A DNA stretch of 64,000 bases, from positions 160,001 through 224,000 of IMG/VR virus record IMGVR_UViG_3300031555_004524. One strand, given 5' to 3'. This document shows, piece by piece, positions 49,654-59,923 of this stretch. Made by a program: the position numbers and the translations under genes. The notes below the pieces were generated by a model. The model did not search any database. It saw only the letters and a list, made by a program, of their open reading frames with translations, and was not told the origin of the DNA. The stretch is from a virus (taxonomy: Duplodnaviria; Caudoviricetes). The number at the start of each line of letters is the position of its first letter. The first letter of the stretch is position 1.

Positions 49654-51399
49654 TTAAAATATAGGAGCTGTTAAATGTTTTTCAGTTTCACCTAAAGTCA
49701 ATGTTAAATTATATAAAACTTGCATAGCTTCATTTGAAGGTTTTCTCATATTTTTCCCATCAAGACCAATATAATTTTTTTTAGATTTAATATATTTATC
49801 TAATTCTTCATTAGCTTCTACTGTATATACACCTTTAATAGATACAGTATCTCCATCATAGTCCCCTCCAATACCATTAAGCAATAAGTTGCAAATATTA
49901 AGCGTATCTATGAAATCCTGACTTGTATTTCTACCTACATCTTCTTGTCTAATTTTAGGATAATGTCGATACAATGTATTATTTACATATACAGGTTCAG
50001 TTTCCCTGATAGTATTTATTCTAAATTTAGATGGGAATTGATTATAGCTGGTATCTATAGGGAAACGAGTAATCAATATATGTTTATCTACTGCACATTC
50101 GCATGCAGCCATATAAAAAACGTCGCACCAAGTTAATTTTCTAGAAATCAATGGAGATGCATCAGTTACTCTTCCACTAGCCAGTTCCTCTGCAGTTACA
50201 GAATGACCTTTAAATGCAAGATATCCAACTTTTCCATCTAATAATGGAACTTCAATAGGGGAAAATCTATTAGAGTATCCGTGAATAAATCTTTTTATTT
50301 CACCTTTTATTACATCTTCCGAATAAGAGATTAATGGGTCTTTTACTTCTGCATACATAATATCTCCTTTAGTGGTCATAACTTTATGCCTTATACCTCC
50401 ACTAAATTCATTTTCAAAGAACCTCTTCACCCAATATATAATAAACGGTCTGAAGTTTACTATTGCAGATGCTAATGGTAAAGCGCAATGTTCTATATCT
50501 ACCATCATATCGTTCATAGTTTCAACTTTCAATTCAGGAGCAGATAATACTAATCTAGTTCCATCATTTGCAGTTTTACTCATAACTGCATTTCGAATTA
50601 AACCTTTCTTTTTAGATAATCCTACACCATCACTCTCTCCACTTCCAGTTCCACATAATACATCATAAATTTGTACCAATGTGTCCTGTATACGCCCCTT
50701 TACAGAATTAGACATAGATAATCCGTAATCCTGAGTTTCTATTAAAGCTCTTACAGAAATGATTAAAGATGAATAATACTTATTCAATACTCCAACTCCA
50801 ATGTTTCCTCCTCTATTTTGAACGTCTCTATAATATGGTGGAATTACTATGAATTTATTCATAAATATAACTTTTTTATATTTTTCTATGAATTGAATTT
50901 TCTTATCACGTTTTCTAGAATCTGTTGATTTTATTTTTATTTTATCTATATTATCTTTTAAGAATTTTACTCCGTTTGATCCATTTGGATCTTCTACGAA
51001 ATCACCATCTGGTCCAATAGAATAAGTTTTAGTGCCATGAACTATTTCTTTTATTCTACTATCCATTCTTCCCCATAATTTATATACTAGCGGATGCAAA
51101 AACCAATCATGCAGATCTATATATCCAAATATATTAGATCTTTCTTCTTTAGTGATTCCGAATATTTCATTAGATAACAATCCTTCTGGAGTAGGAACTC
51201 CATCTCTAATAAAGAATACTGGATCTGTTATTTCTTTTACATTATTTGCTTTAATAAATGCGTCTACATTAAGAGGTTGCATCTGAAAATGCTTATCAGC
51301 AACTGCTTCATACAATGCAAAATTTTCATTAATTTTTAATAATTCCGAAAGGGAATGTGTATCTATCCCTCTTTCATATGAATATGAAATCATAGTCAT
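49654..51399 (-). CDS. phage RNA polymerase beta' subunit, N-terminal part with catalytic site (probably virion RNAP)
   Basis: EGLLSNEIFG, FGYIDL, VIPPYYRD, ITRFP, GGDYDGD. Confidence 0.9.
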   Translation of the reverse strand: MTMISYSYERGIDTHSLSELLKINENFALYEAVADKHFQMQPLNVDAFIKANNVKEITDPVFFIRDGVPTPEGLLSNEIFGITKEERSNIFGYIDLHDWFLHPLVYKLWGRMDSRIKEIVHGTKTYSIGPDGDFVEDPNGSNGVKFLKDNIDKIKIKSTDSRKRDKKIQFIEKYKKVIFMNKFIVIPPYYRDVQNRGGNIGVGVLNKYYSSLIISVRALIETQDYGLSMSNSVKGRIQDTLVQIYDVLCGTGSGESDGVGLSKKKGLIRNAVMSKTANDGTRLVLSAPELKVETMNDMMVDIEHCALPLASAIVNFRPFIIYWVKRFFENEFSGGIRHKVMTTKGDIMYAEVKDPLISYSEDVIKGEIKRFIHGYSNRFSPIEVPLLDGKVGYLAFKGHSVTAEELASGRVTDASPLISRKLTWCDVFYMAACECAVDKHILITRFPIDTSYNQFPSKFRINTIRETEPVYVNNTLYRHYPKIRQEDVGRNTSQDFIDTLNICNLLLNGIGGDYDGDTVSIKGVYTVEANEELDKYIKSKKNYIGLDGKNMRKPSNEAMQVLYNLTLTLGETEKHLTAPIF

Positions 51400-51419
51400 A
51401 TTCTCCTCTCTATATTTAT

Positions 51420-51431
51420 TATCATAATGTT
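51420..51431 (-). promoter_or_regulatory. late promoter AACA-N6-TA
   Basis: AACA TTATGA TA. Confidence 0.75.
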
Positions 51432-51445
51432 TCGGATATGAAATT

Positions 51446-51472
51446 TCCCTGATACCATTACAGTATCAGGGA
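51446..51472 (-). terminator. hairpin terminator
   Basis: 10-bp inverted repeat after stop at 51478. Confidence 0.7.
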
Positions 51473-51477
51473 TATTT

Positions 51478-51771
51478 TTATAATAATTGAATAATTACTG
51501 CATTACCTTCAACTACTCCAGTAACAGTATAAAGAGTTCCGTATATCATTAACTCTTTATTTGCAGCAATTCTATTCATTTCTTCAGCATCTGTTTTTGA
51601 ATCAAATGTAATCCGAAATGAAATTGGTTGATCATTTGCCATAGAACTTTCAATAGATGTGCCATCATATGATCCAAATAGATCATACATAGCCATCAAT
51701 TCATCAAAATGATCTTTAACCAATGTCACTGGATCATTACTTATTGATTCCGAGAAAGCCACTCTATCCAT
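51478..51771 (-). CDS. small hypothetical protein in baseplate operon
   Basis: AAGGAGG RBS; 97 aa. Confidence 0.7.
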   Translation of the reverse strand: MDRVAFSESISNDPVTLVKDHFDELMAMYDLFGSYDGTSIESSMANDQPISFRITFDSKTDAEEMNRIAANKELMIYGTLYTVTGVVEGNAVIIQLL

Positions 51772-51800
51772 GTCTATAATTTCCTCCTTATCAATAATAT

Positions 51801-52019
51801 CTATGATCCTTCCATTTGGTCTTGTAATTCTTCTGCCGCTTTATTTTTCTTGCCTTCTTCCGATCTTGATTCATTGAGGACTAAGGCATGTAGATAATGG
51901 AACATTCCAATTTCCATATCATATAACTCCATAAACGAGACTCGTCCTTTTAACCATCCAGCTACTAAACTGCAGTGATCTAGCCATTGGCCAGAGCAGC
52001 CAGATGATGACGTAAAAAA
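51801..52019 (-). CDS. -1 frameshift extension (70 aa) of the hub/chaperone gene
   Basis: T TTT TTA heptamer; -1 frame TSSSGCSGQWLDHCSLVAGWLKGRVSFMELYDMEIG...QMEGS* fills gap to next RBS. Confidence 0.7.
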   Translation of the reverse strand, partial: FFTSSSGCSGQWLDHCSLVAGWLKGRVSFMELYDMEIGMFHYLHALVLNESRSEEGKKNKAAEELQDQMEGS

Positions 52020-53854
52020 AGCAACTGTGCTGCTGAATATGTACTTTCTTCAATCTCTTTACCACATTTTGGACATGTAGTTTTAGGGAGAACAAATGTG
52101 ATATCCTGTTCAGCTCCAGTTAATTTTTCTACATATAATCTGATAATCTGATACTGGTCAGATGTAAGTTCTTTCATTACTTTAGATAATACAATGATCT
52201 TAGCTTTTAATGATTTAGCTGGATCATTTGGATACTGTTTTACATTTAATGGTCTAAGTGCTTCTAACTGAGGATCAATAAAGAATACTTTATCGATACA
52301 GGTAGCAAATGTAATTGTATCTGCATACTTAGCAATAAATTCATCATCTAAATATGCTGGTGTAAATACTGCATCATAAATTGTTGGCTCTTTAAATGCA
52401 AAAGCATAACTATCAGATACAGGAATTACATCAAGTTTCATTTTTCTATTTGATGGTGTACTTGGCTGATTATAAGCTTTATCGAATCTAGCTTTAACAT
52501 TATCATCTTTAAACTTAACCATGTCCATGAAAGGTACACTGTTAGTTAAGAATGAATTAGCACACTTATCGTCAGGGCAGTCATATGGTAAGAAGTTTTC
52601 TCCTTCAAATGATGCTCTATAAATAGCAGCATATAAATGATCTACATCTGCAACTGATACAGTTTTAGCCCAAGCATCTACAGTCTCAGGTTTATATTCA
52701 TCGATAATATGACTATGGATTAAACCATACTGTTCTTTTGCTGCTCTTAATTTATTTCTTCCTGGATCTTTTAACAGATTAGCAACTTCAGATCCTTTGA
52801 ATGCTTTCATAGTAATACTTCTTCCTGTAGCTGGTAATGCCCAATCTGCAGTTTTAACATTGAAAGCTGTCGCTGCTCTATTAACACTTTCTGTTACATT
52901 AATAGGTTTATCAATGATTTTAAAAGATGCTAAATTTAAACCTTTTGTGATAGGTTTGATTTTTGACTGTACTTCTCGTTTAAGATTCTCTAAACGTCTT
53001 TTCTGCACAGAGTCTCCTTTTTCAACAATATTGTCATCATCTAATGCTTTTAAATCTGCATCTTCATCTCTATCCATTAGTTCAGATACATCATCTGGAA
53101 TAGGAGTCATTACATCGGATTTATTTACAACTTCTTCTTCTTTTGTGATTGTAAAAGATGGAGTGACTGGTTCATTGTCAATTTCATCTTCTTCAATGTA
53201 ATCATATTCTTCCTCTTCAGGAATTGCATCCTGAATCATCTGATCTAATTCTTCTTCTGGGTCTATATCATCATTTTCATATTCAATATCGTCAGATTCA
53301 TACTCTCCATATTCTTCTTCTTCAGAATCTGAATAATGTAATTCTGTTGTATCATAAGAATCAGCATATTCTTCTTCGATATCTTCTTCTACTGGATCAT
53401 ATTCATATTGTGTTTTCATTTCTTGTTCCCTTTCGTATGCTGCTCTATTTGCAGCTTCTTGATCTCTAATTGCTTTAGATTTTCCAGGTTTAGGAGGATT
53501 TTCCATCATTGCTAATGGATCAAATCCAATAGCATCTACATAATCCTCATACTCAACCTTTCCATCTAATTGTTCTTCTAATTCATGCATTGCGATAGCC
53601 TCTCCCATTTTCTGCTGGATAATACCATCTGCTTCAGTAAGCACTTTTGTTTCCAGAGTCTGTTTAGCTGGATCTACTTTATCTAATTCTCTCTGAGAAG
53701 GAATATTGAATTCTTTTGCAGGATCAATACTTCTTTTTGTTCCCCCGCTAGGATGTTTTACCTGTTTTGCACCATTTGGTCGTCTAGGTGGTAAATTTGG
53801 ATTTGGTAAAGTTTCGCTAGGGATATCTCTCAAATCGTCAAGTGTGATACTCAT
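51980..53854 (-). CDS. baseplate hub assembly / tail chaperone protein (T4 gp26-like) with acidic N-terminal region
   Basis: LPATG, DVDHLYAAIYRASF, CPDDKC, FKEPTI, CPKCG. Confidence 0.65.
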   Translation of the reverse strand: MSITLDDLRDIPSETLPNPNLPPRRPNGAKQVKHPSGGTKRSIDPAKEFNIPSQRELDKVDPAKQTLETKVLTEADGIIQQKMGEAIAMHELEEQLDGKVEYEDYVDAIGFDPLAMMENPPKPGKSKAIRDQEAANRAAYEREQEMKTQYEYDPVEEDIEEEYADSYDTTELHYSDSEEEEYGEYESDDIEYENDDIDPEEELDQMIQDAIPEEEEYDYIEEDEIDNEPVTPSFTITKEEEVVNKSDVMTPIPDDVSELMDRDEDADLKALDDDNIVEKGDSVQKRRLENLKREVQSKIKPITKGLNLASFKIIDKPINVTESVNRAATAFNVKTADWALPATGRSITMKAFKGSEVANLLKDPGRNKLRAAKEQYGLIHSHIIDEYKPETVDAWAKTVSVADVDHLYAAIYRASFEGENFLPYDCPDDKCANSFLTNSVPFMDMVKFKDDNVKARFDKAYNQPSTPSNRKMKLDVIPVSDSYAFAFKEPTIYDAVFTPAYLDDEFIAKYADTITFATCIDKVFFIDPQLEALRPLNVKQYPNDPAKSLKAKIIVLSKVMKELTSDQYQIIRLYVEKLTGAEQDITFVLPKTTCPKCGKEIEESTYSAAQLLFLRHHLAALANG

Positions 53855-53874
53855 AATTTATATTTCCTCCTTGT

Positions 53875-54258
53875 TTATGATAGACTTATCAAATCTACAA
53901 AATTATTTTCTTGTTTTTCTGTTTCATATTTATATAATGTACCGTTGATTGTGATGTTTAATGATAATTTTTTATCATCTCCCAATGCCACTTCAACTCT
54001 ACAACCAGCGAATTCTGGTAGATATTGTTCTATTTGATTTTTGATATCATTTCTCAGTTTATCTAAATCATCTTCACTCATAGCTCTATATCTAGATACT
54101 AAACCTATACCCATTTGAGGTCTAGCCGCATAAGTTCCAGGTTCTAATAATATAAGATGTACTAATAGTTGAGAAATAGCATCTTTTCCAGTTAATACTT
54201 TAGGATTATTAAATTCATCTGTTGTTAGTAAATATTCTTTAGGTGTTTCGGTAGCCAA
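53875..54258 (-). CDS. baseplate wedge protein, gp25-like
   Basis: LILLEPGTYAARPQMGIGL...IKNQIEQYLP. Confidence 0.75.
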   Translation of the reverse strand: MATETPKEYLLTTDEFNNPKVLTGKDAISQLLVHLILLEPGTYAARPQMGIGLVSRYRAMSEDDLDKLRNDIKNQIEQYLPEFAGCRVEVALGDDKKLSLNITINGTLYKYETEKQENNFVDLISLS

Positions 54259-54331
54259 AAAATCACCTCCATTTTATAATAATTTTACTATTTAGTTAAG
54301 CTAGTTAAATCTTAACAGGTAGATTTACAAA

Positions 54332-54339
54332 TATATAAT
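54332..54339 (+). promoter_or_regulatory. early-type promoter variant TATATAAT
   Basis: upstream of orphan gene cluster. Confidence 0.4.
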
Positions 54340-54371
54340 ATGCATTACATAAAAAGGAGAGAAAAAAAGTT

Positions 54372-54731
54372 ATGGGAGTTAGAGAAACTATTGAGGATTT
54401 ATTTATTACTATAAAATATGCCATTAGAGATTGTATACCTGAAGAAAGACCATATATTGTAATGTATGATAAAGATAATGTCTGTTATGGTCCTACATGG
54501 GATATAAAATATTTTTATCCATTAATAAAAAAATTATTTGACAATCCAGATACAAAAGATACAAAATTATTTCAACTTATTATAGATCGAGAAGATATAC
54601 AATTATATGATAGTATATATGAGTACGTGCAAGGAAAACTTAAAGATGGTATTAAAACAAGAAATAAATATTCTGTAAGAAAACATAAACACAAATGTTA
54701 TATTGAAATTAAAAAGAGATCGTTAATTTAA
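54372..54731 (+). CDS. hypothetical protein
   Basis: AAGGAG RBS. Confidence 0.7.
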   Translation: MGVRETIEDLFITIKYAIRDCIPEERPYIVMYDKDNVCYGPTWDIKYFYPLIKKLFDNPDTKDTKLFQLIIDREDIQLYDSIYEYVQGKLKDGIKTRNKYSVRKHKHKCYIEIKKRSLI

Positions 54732-54752
54732 TATTTTTATTGGAGGTAAACT

Positions 54753-55358
54753 ATGATAATACGATATGATAACAAAGAACACATTCCAGAATTAGGTTTT
54801 GGATACTTTATTAATATTTATAACCAGTTTGTTATTCAAAATATATTAAGATCTAAAACAGATGAAAAATCTTATTTTATATTGGTATCTAATAAACAAT
54901 TTGATGATGAGGGATTTATAGAAGCCATTAAAGATTTAGCTAAAAGAATTTTTTCCTCAGATTACGAGAACGCAGATAAAATTAGCGAAAATACAACTAT
55001 GCTTACATTTAATATTACAGAAATTGTAATATCATACGATTTATTCTTATCGATGTCAACTGATGTATATATGAATATCATTAGTATTTATATGAAAAAT
55101 ATTCTTTCATATATCTCAAAATACTACTATGAAGAAGGGGTTTCTTGTACAAAATTTACTTTTGATGATATACTAAATGATGATGATCAAATCTCAGAAC
55201 TTAATGTCATATTAAATGAATATGTTGAGGAAAACAAGTATATTACCGATATCAAATTAGAATCTTATATTGATGAGGAAAATGGTTATAAGAAAACACT
55301 GACAGTCGTATGCAATATTGGATATTGTGGTGATAATAAAGATGGGGTGACAAAATAA
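54753..55358 (+). CDS. hypothetical protein
   Basis: GGAGG RBS. Confidence 0.7.
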   Translation: MIIRYDNKEHIPELGFGYFINIYNQFVIQNILRSKTDEKSYFILVSNKQFDDEGFIEAIKDLAKRIFSSDYENADKISENTTMLTFNITEIVISYDLFLSMSTDVYMNIISIYMKNILSYISKYYYEEGVSCTKFTFDDILNDDDQISELNVILNEYVEENKYITDIKLESYIDEENGYKKTLTVVCNIGYCGDNKDGVTK

Positions 55359-55359
55359 T

Positions 55360-56472
55360 ATGAATAGTGATATTAATAGTTATGCCAATAATATTGATAT
55401 GGTAAGTGATGAATATATGGAAATATTAGATAAAATGATAAATCTAATAGAGAATGATATTAGTGAAGATATTTTAGCTGACTTCGCTATGTTTAATTTA
55501 TTAATTTATATTAAAACACTTTTCCTGCAAATGATGGCAAATCCACTAAAATATGATATAATTGCAATACCAATTCCTATATATTCTATTAAATATGGAA
55601 TACATGATATATCTATTTTACATACTGTCCAGGCTTTTATGACAGCGTATGGCTATCAAGCTATACACCCTTCTTTAGACGAATATGATAGTTTTTGTTT
55701 ATATAAAGATATGAAATGCTACATATTTAAAAAGCAGTATTGTGTACATAATTTAGCTATCGTAGATTTATTAATACAACATTCGATGTATCTATATTAT
55801 GGTAAATATTTTACTGATTATATAGTAAGCAAATTTAATCATATTCACTCTGATGGAAAAATTGAAGTTTATCTAGGCACTTCAGTTTCAATAATTAATA
55901 ACTATTGTGCATCGATAGGTATAGATACAAGGATATCAAACGATGAACTAGTGAATATAATGTCTAAATCCATAGAATCCATATACAAATTAACTTATGG
56001 TAAATATAATATTGATTTTTCATACAGTGATGTAGGGGATAAATTTAGAATAATAATAATAGATGTGGAAGCTCAAGCTAAAAAAGAAATGAAAGCTATA
56101 GGAGAAATGAATAAAAGAAATATATTATATGATACTGATAGTTTTATGCTTAGAACTAGAAGTGAAATGTTAAAAGATATTATATCTGCATCTGAATCAT
56201 TATACAATAGATCTTTACATTATATTTATGGTGACGCATCTAAAGATAATATGAATGAATTAGTTGAATACAGGGTATTTACAGGAATAGTAGAAAGCTA
56301 TCCAGAAGATTATCTATTTGCTATTTATACAAAATTAAATAATTCTGGAGAACTTGCTAAGATTTGTAGTGCATATGGTGTAGAAATATTCGCTAATTTA
56401 GATAAAAATATATCTGATAAATTATGTATTCTACGAGTAAAAATTTCTGCAAATCCATCTATGGAGTTATAA
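55360..56472 (+). CDS. hypothetical protein
   Basis: coupled ORF, 370 aa. Confidence 0.7.
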   Translation: MNSDINSYANNIDMVSDEYMEILDKMINLIENDISEDILADFAMFNLLIYIKTLFLQMMANPLKYDIIAIPIPIYSIKYGIHDISILHTVQAFMTAYGYQAIHPSLDEYDSFCLYKDMKCYIFKKQYCVHNLAIVDLLIQHSMYLYYGKYFTDYIVSKFNHIHSDGKIEVYLGTSVSIINNYCASIGIDTRISNDELVNIMSKSIESIYKLTYGKYNIDFSYSDVGDKFRIIIIDVEAQAKKEMKAIGEMNKRNILYDTDSFMLRTRSEMLKDIISASESLYNRSLHYIYGDASKDNMNELVEYRVFTGIVESYPEDYLFAIYTKLNNSGELAKICSAYGVEIFANLDKNISDKLCILRVKISANPSMEL

Positions 56473-56502
56473 ATATATTAATGACAAAGAGGTAAAACTG
56501 AA

Positions 56503-56799
56503 ATGGAAATTTTAATATGTTGTGGTGCCGGTAAGTCTATCACTAGAATAATTGAAACTATATGTTACGATGAATCATATTCATATGGAGTATATTCTAT
56601 ACATATTACAGATAATCAAGATATTTTAGAGATAGCGAAAATAGCCAAAACTAATATAGAATACTTTAATGAACAGCAAGAAGACTGTGAATTAATGGGA
56701 TTTATCACTTTATGTGAAGATATTTTATATATAGTTAAAATAAATAAAACAGATAAAACAAAATGGCAACTGATACTGTGTCCTTTTGAAGATGGTTAA
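56503..56799 (+). CDS. small hypothetical protein, tandem paralog 1
   Basis: GAGG RBS; shared C-terminal pattern. Confidence 0.7.
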   Translation: MEILICCGAGKSITRIIETICYDESYSYGVYSIHITDNQDILEIAKIAKTNIEYFNEQQEDCELMGFITLCEDILYIVKINKTDKTKWQLILCPFEDG

Positions 56800-56816
56800 T
56801 GACGAGGTGATTATAT

Positions 56817-57140
56817 ATGCCTAGATTTATGAAAGTAACAAATATGCATGTTGGTTTAAAATATGAACTTATAGAATATGCTTCTGCTATAATAAATACC
56901 ATAGCTCAACATGCACCTAATAATTCTAAAAATAAAATAATTCCAAAAAAAGATATATCTTTAGCCAAACTTATAGATATTGTCAAAGAATGTCAGGAAG
57001 CTGCAAATGAAATAAATTCATCTCAGGCTGAATATATGATATTAGTATCTGCTCAATTATGGGATAATACTATTAATATATTAAAGGTTAAAACTGGATA
57101 TACAGCATCAGATGCTGTATATGTAATAGAAGAGGAGTAA
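56817..57140 (+). CDS. small hypothetical protein, tandem paralog 2
   Basis: GAGGTG RBS. Confidence 0.7.
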   Translation: MPRFMKVTNMHVGLKYELIEYASAIINTIAQHAPNNSKNKIIPKKDISLAKLIDIVKECQEAANEINSSQAEYMILVSAQLWDNTINILKVKTGYTASDAVYVIEEE

Positions 57141-57141
57141 T

Positions 57142-57438
57142 ATGAAATTTGAATTTAAAGGAAAAACTACAGATTCTTTATTTGATATCATAAAAGATAT
57201 AGCTGAATCAAATAAAGATTTTGTGGCTGAGCGAATTAAAGTTGATAAGTTTATTGATGGTAATACGATTAATGAACTTGATGGTTATGTAGAACTTGCA
57301 AAAGAATTCGATACAGAAACGCATCTAATGAAACTTATAATAGAAGCAAGTAGTAACAGTGTGTGTATTATTAAGAAAAAGAAACCTAGAAATGAAATAA
57401 AGTCTGATACTGATGTAGAAGTAATCAAATATCAATGA
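57142..57438 (+). CDS. small hypothetical protein, tandem paralog 3
   Basis: GAGGAG RBS. Confidence 0.7.
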   Translation: MKFEFKGKTTDSLFDIIKDIAESNKDFVAERIKVDKFIDGNTINELDGYVELAKEFDTETHLMKLIIEASSNSVCIIKKKKPRNEIKSDTDVEVIKYQ

Positions 57439-57460
57439 TATTAATTTTTTATATAAGGAG

Positions 57461-57811
57461 TTGATCTATTTGGCTAATTACTATAAAATGAATAATACTG
57501 GCGGATATGGTACAATTGTCAGCTGTGATAATATTAGAAGTAAAGTGAAAGATAGATTATCATATGACGATGCTTTTCAAACCGGTATAATTGCAGAAAA
57601 TGATATCCTGTTGGACGATTTTTTAGAAGATGTGAAACAGTTTCAAAATATAATAGATGAATTAAATTCTTCATGTGATAAATATAATATCAGGATGACT
57701 GTCCAGATAAATGAACGAAGTATAATATTTTGTAAGTTTAAAAAAGAATATGCTGATCAGATAATTGTGAGATTTAATTATAATATGGGGATATCCGAAA
57801 CATCTTCGTAA
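57461..57811 (+). CDS. small hypothetical protein, tandem paralog 4
   Basis: AAGGAG RBS, TTG start (exact start uncertain). Confidence 0.65.
   Translation: MIYLANYYKMNNTGGYGTIVSCDNIRSKVKDRLSYDDAFQTGIIAENDILLDDFLEDVKQFQNIIDELNSSCDKYNIRMTVQINERSIIFCKFKKEYADQIIVRFNYNMGISETSS
57799..57810 (+). promoter_or_regulatory. late promoter AACA-N6-TA
   Basis: AACA TCTTCG TA. Confidence 0.7.
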
Positions 57812-57841
57812 AAAGTTTATAATGGGAAGGAGTTATTCATT

Positions 57842-59269
57842 ATGAATAAAAAATCTTCTGTATATAAAATATTTTCTAAAGATATGGAAGCGAAAATGAA
57901 AGGTACTTATCGAAAAAAATATAAATGCCCATATTGCGAGTTAAGAGCAACTGTTAGCGATTTGGCATTACATATTGGAGATGAACACCAGGATATGATT
58001 CCTAAAGATATGACACCATTTCAGTTAGCAGTAAATGCTAGGGATAAAAAAGATAGTAGACCTTGTCTAGTTTGTGGGAAACCAGTAACAAAATGGAATC
58101 AGGATACTGGAAGATATGAAAGCTTCTGTAGTGATGACTGTAGAAAGAAATATGCTAAAAGCAGAAAAGCTCAACGTGATAAATTAGGTGATACTGTATA
58201 TCAACGAGAAGTTATGCTTAAAAATAAATCTAAAACTTATACTTTTAGAGATGGCACAAAGATGGATTATATTGGCACATATGAATTAGAATTTCTTAAA
58301 TATATGGATACTGAATTAAAGATAGATCCTATGGATTTACAACAAGCATATCCAGTCATTCCGTATCAATATAAAGGTAAAACGCATCATTGGTTTATGG
58401 ATTTTTACTATAAACCATACAATCTTGCTATAGAGATTAAAGATGGTGGAGATAATCCAAACACTAGACCAATGGAAGAATATAGAGAAAAACAATTTGC
58501 TAAAGAAGAAGCAATTACCAAACTTGGTCAATATAATTATATAAGATGTACAAATAAAGACTTTAATCAGATAGTAGAAATATTAGAAGATTTGAGAGAA
58601 GAAGGAAATGATCCTAGAGATGTAAAAATTATTAGAGTGCATGAAAGCACTGTACCTCTAGCATCAGTTCCTCCTGTTAAAAAAGATGACGTATATATCA
58701 TAAATTATATGCAAAATAATGTTTTCTCAGAACCAACTCAAAAATTTGCTTTATGTAAAAGCTATATGAGCGATATTGTTGAGTTTGATAAAGGTTCATT
58801 TTCTCATATAAGTCTTGAAGATTTCAAACAGAAAGCTATAAATCCTACATTATTTAAATATATTGGTGAGAATGGTATATCTTATATGAATATTGTAGAT
58901 TTAGCTGAAACTGATAAAGATTTTTATGAGATACTGACAGGTAAAAAATTATATAGTTATGATCAAATTCATTTTGATAAAACATTTGAAAAGACTATGC
59001 CTTTCACTAGAGTATTAGATTTATTAGAAGAATGCACATTAGCTACAATCACTGCAGTGTATGCTAATACCGTAAAAGGTATAACTCTTCCTAAAATGGC
59101 ATTATATGAATCTACTCAATTATACGATTCTATAAAATATTATAGAGATTTGGGTGGAGTATATGCTATCAATGAAGAAACCGGTATAAGAACTGCATCT
59201 TATGAGAATAAAGAAGAAATACCATCAGATGCAATAGAATTTATAAAAAATAAAACAGGGTTATTTTAG
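57842..59269 (+). CDS. zinc-finger + PD-(D/E)XK nuclease (TnsA-N/head-completion gp4-like) protein
   Basis: CPYC..H...H, CLVC..FCSDDC, GTYE, WFMDFY..LAIEIK. Confidence 0.7.
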   Translation: MNKKSSVYKIFSKDMEAKMKGTYRKKYKCPYCELRATVSDLALHIGDEHQDMIPKDMTPFQLAVNARDKKDSRPCLVCGKPVTKWNQDTGRYESFCSDDCRKKYAKSRKAQRDKLGDTVYQREVMLKNKSKTYTFRDGTKMDYIGTYELEFLKYMDTELKIDPMDLQQAYPVIPYQYKGKTHHWFMDFYYKPYNLAIEIKDGGDNPNTRPMEEYREKQFAKEEAITKLGQYNYIRCTNKDFNQIVEILEDLREEGNDPRDVKIIRVHESTVPLASVPPVKKDDVYIINYMQNNVFSEPTQKFALCKSYMSDIVEFDKGSFSHISLEDFKQKAINPTLFKYIGENGISYMNIVDLAETDKDFYEILTGKKLYSYDQIHFDKTFEKTMPFTRVLDLLEECTLATITAVYANTVKGITLPKMALYESTQLYDSIKYYRDLGGVYAINEETGIRTASYENKEEIPSDAIEFIKNKTGLF

Positions 59270-59286
59270 AATAACCCTGTTTATTA
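59249..59286. terminator. bidirectional terminator
   Basis: 17-bp inverted repeat between convergent genes. Confidence 0.8.
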
Positions 59287-59292
59287 TTTGTC

Positions 59293-59814
59293 TTATAATA
59301 TACATCGTTCGATGAAGCCATGATTAGCTCCAACTACAGTCGATGTCATATTATCTACAGACATTATTTTTGAATTACTTATTACCTGGATGGTAACTTC
59401 TTCATTCCATGTGGTAGTAAATGAAATCCAAATGTTACCATATGTATCCATAATAAGTTTATCTATATTATATAATTGATATACCGCTTTAATATCTGAT
59501 TCCTTAATATCAGATAAGTTTTTATTGCGAGTATATTTGATTAAAGCTTGCGCTGATCTTTTATCTATTTCTTTTCTATTACTTAAGAAATATTTTAAAA
59601 GATTAACATGCTTTAATTCAACTTCATAAGTTCTATTCATTTGGATAGGACAATTTTCATATACCTTTCCAAAGAATTTAGGCACATATGCTTCGGCATA
59701 TGTGCATCCTATTTCGTCTTTATACTTTACGTTTTTGAATATTACAAAAGGTGATGATTCTGTAACAATACCTCCTTGAGTATTATTCTTGTCTAATGAA
59801 TTTGTAAATAACAT
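59293..59814 (-). CDS. hypothetical protein
   Basis: AAAGGAG RBS; 173 aa. Confidence 0.7.
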   Translation of the reverse strand: MLFTNSLDKNNTQGGIVTESSPFVIFKNVKYKDEIGCTYAEAYVPKFFGKVYENCPIQMNRTYEVELKHVNLLKYFLSNRKEIDKRSAQALIKYTRNKNLSDIKESDIKAVYQLYNIDKLIMDTYGNIWISFTTTWNEEVTIQVISNSKIMSVDNMTSTVVGANHGFIERCIL

Positions 59815-59893
59815 ATCGTTCGTCTCCTTTCTGTTTTCTTATTTTTTCGATATGTCATTACATTTCATTATATCTTTCTTTTTTTGTTTAATT

Positions 59894-59923
59894 TGAATAC
59901 TAGAGAATATTCTCTAGTATTCA
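59894..59923. repeat. perfect 30-bp palindrome
   Basis: TGAATACTAGAGAAT|ATTCTCTAGTATTCA followed by T-run on + strand. Confidence 0.85.

Noticed and set aside
646-51399. Introns or inteins in the RNAP genes
   Set aside because: Both ORFs are continuous with motifs in order and no intein junction signature seen
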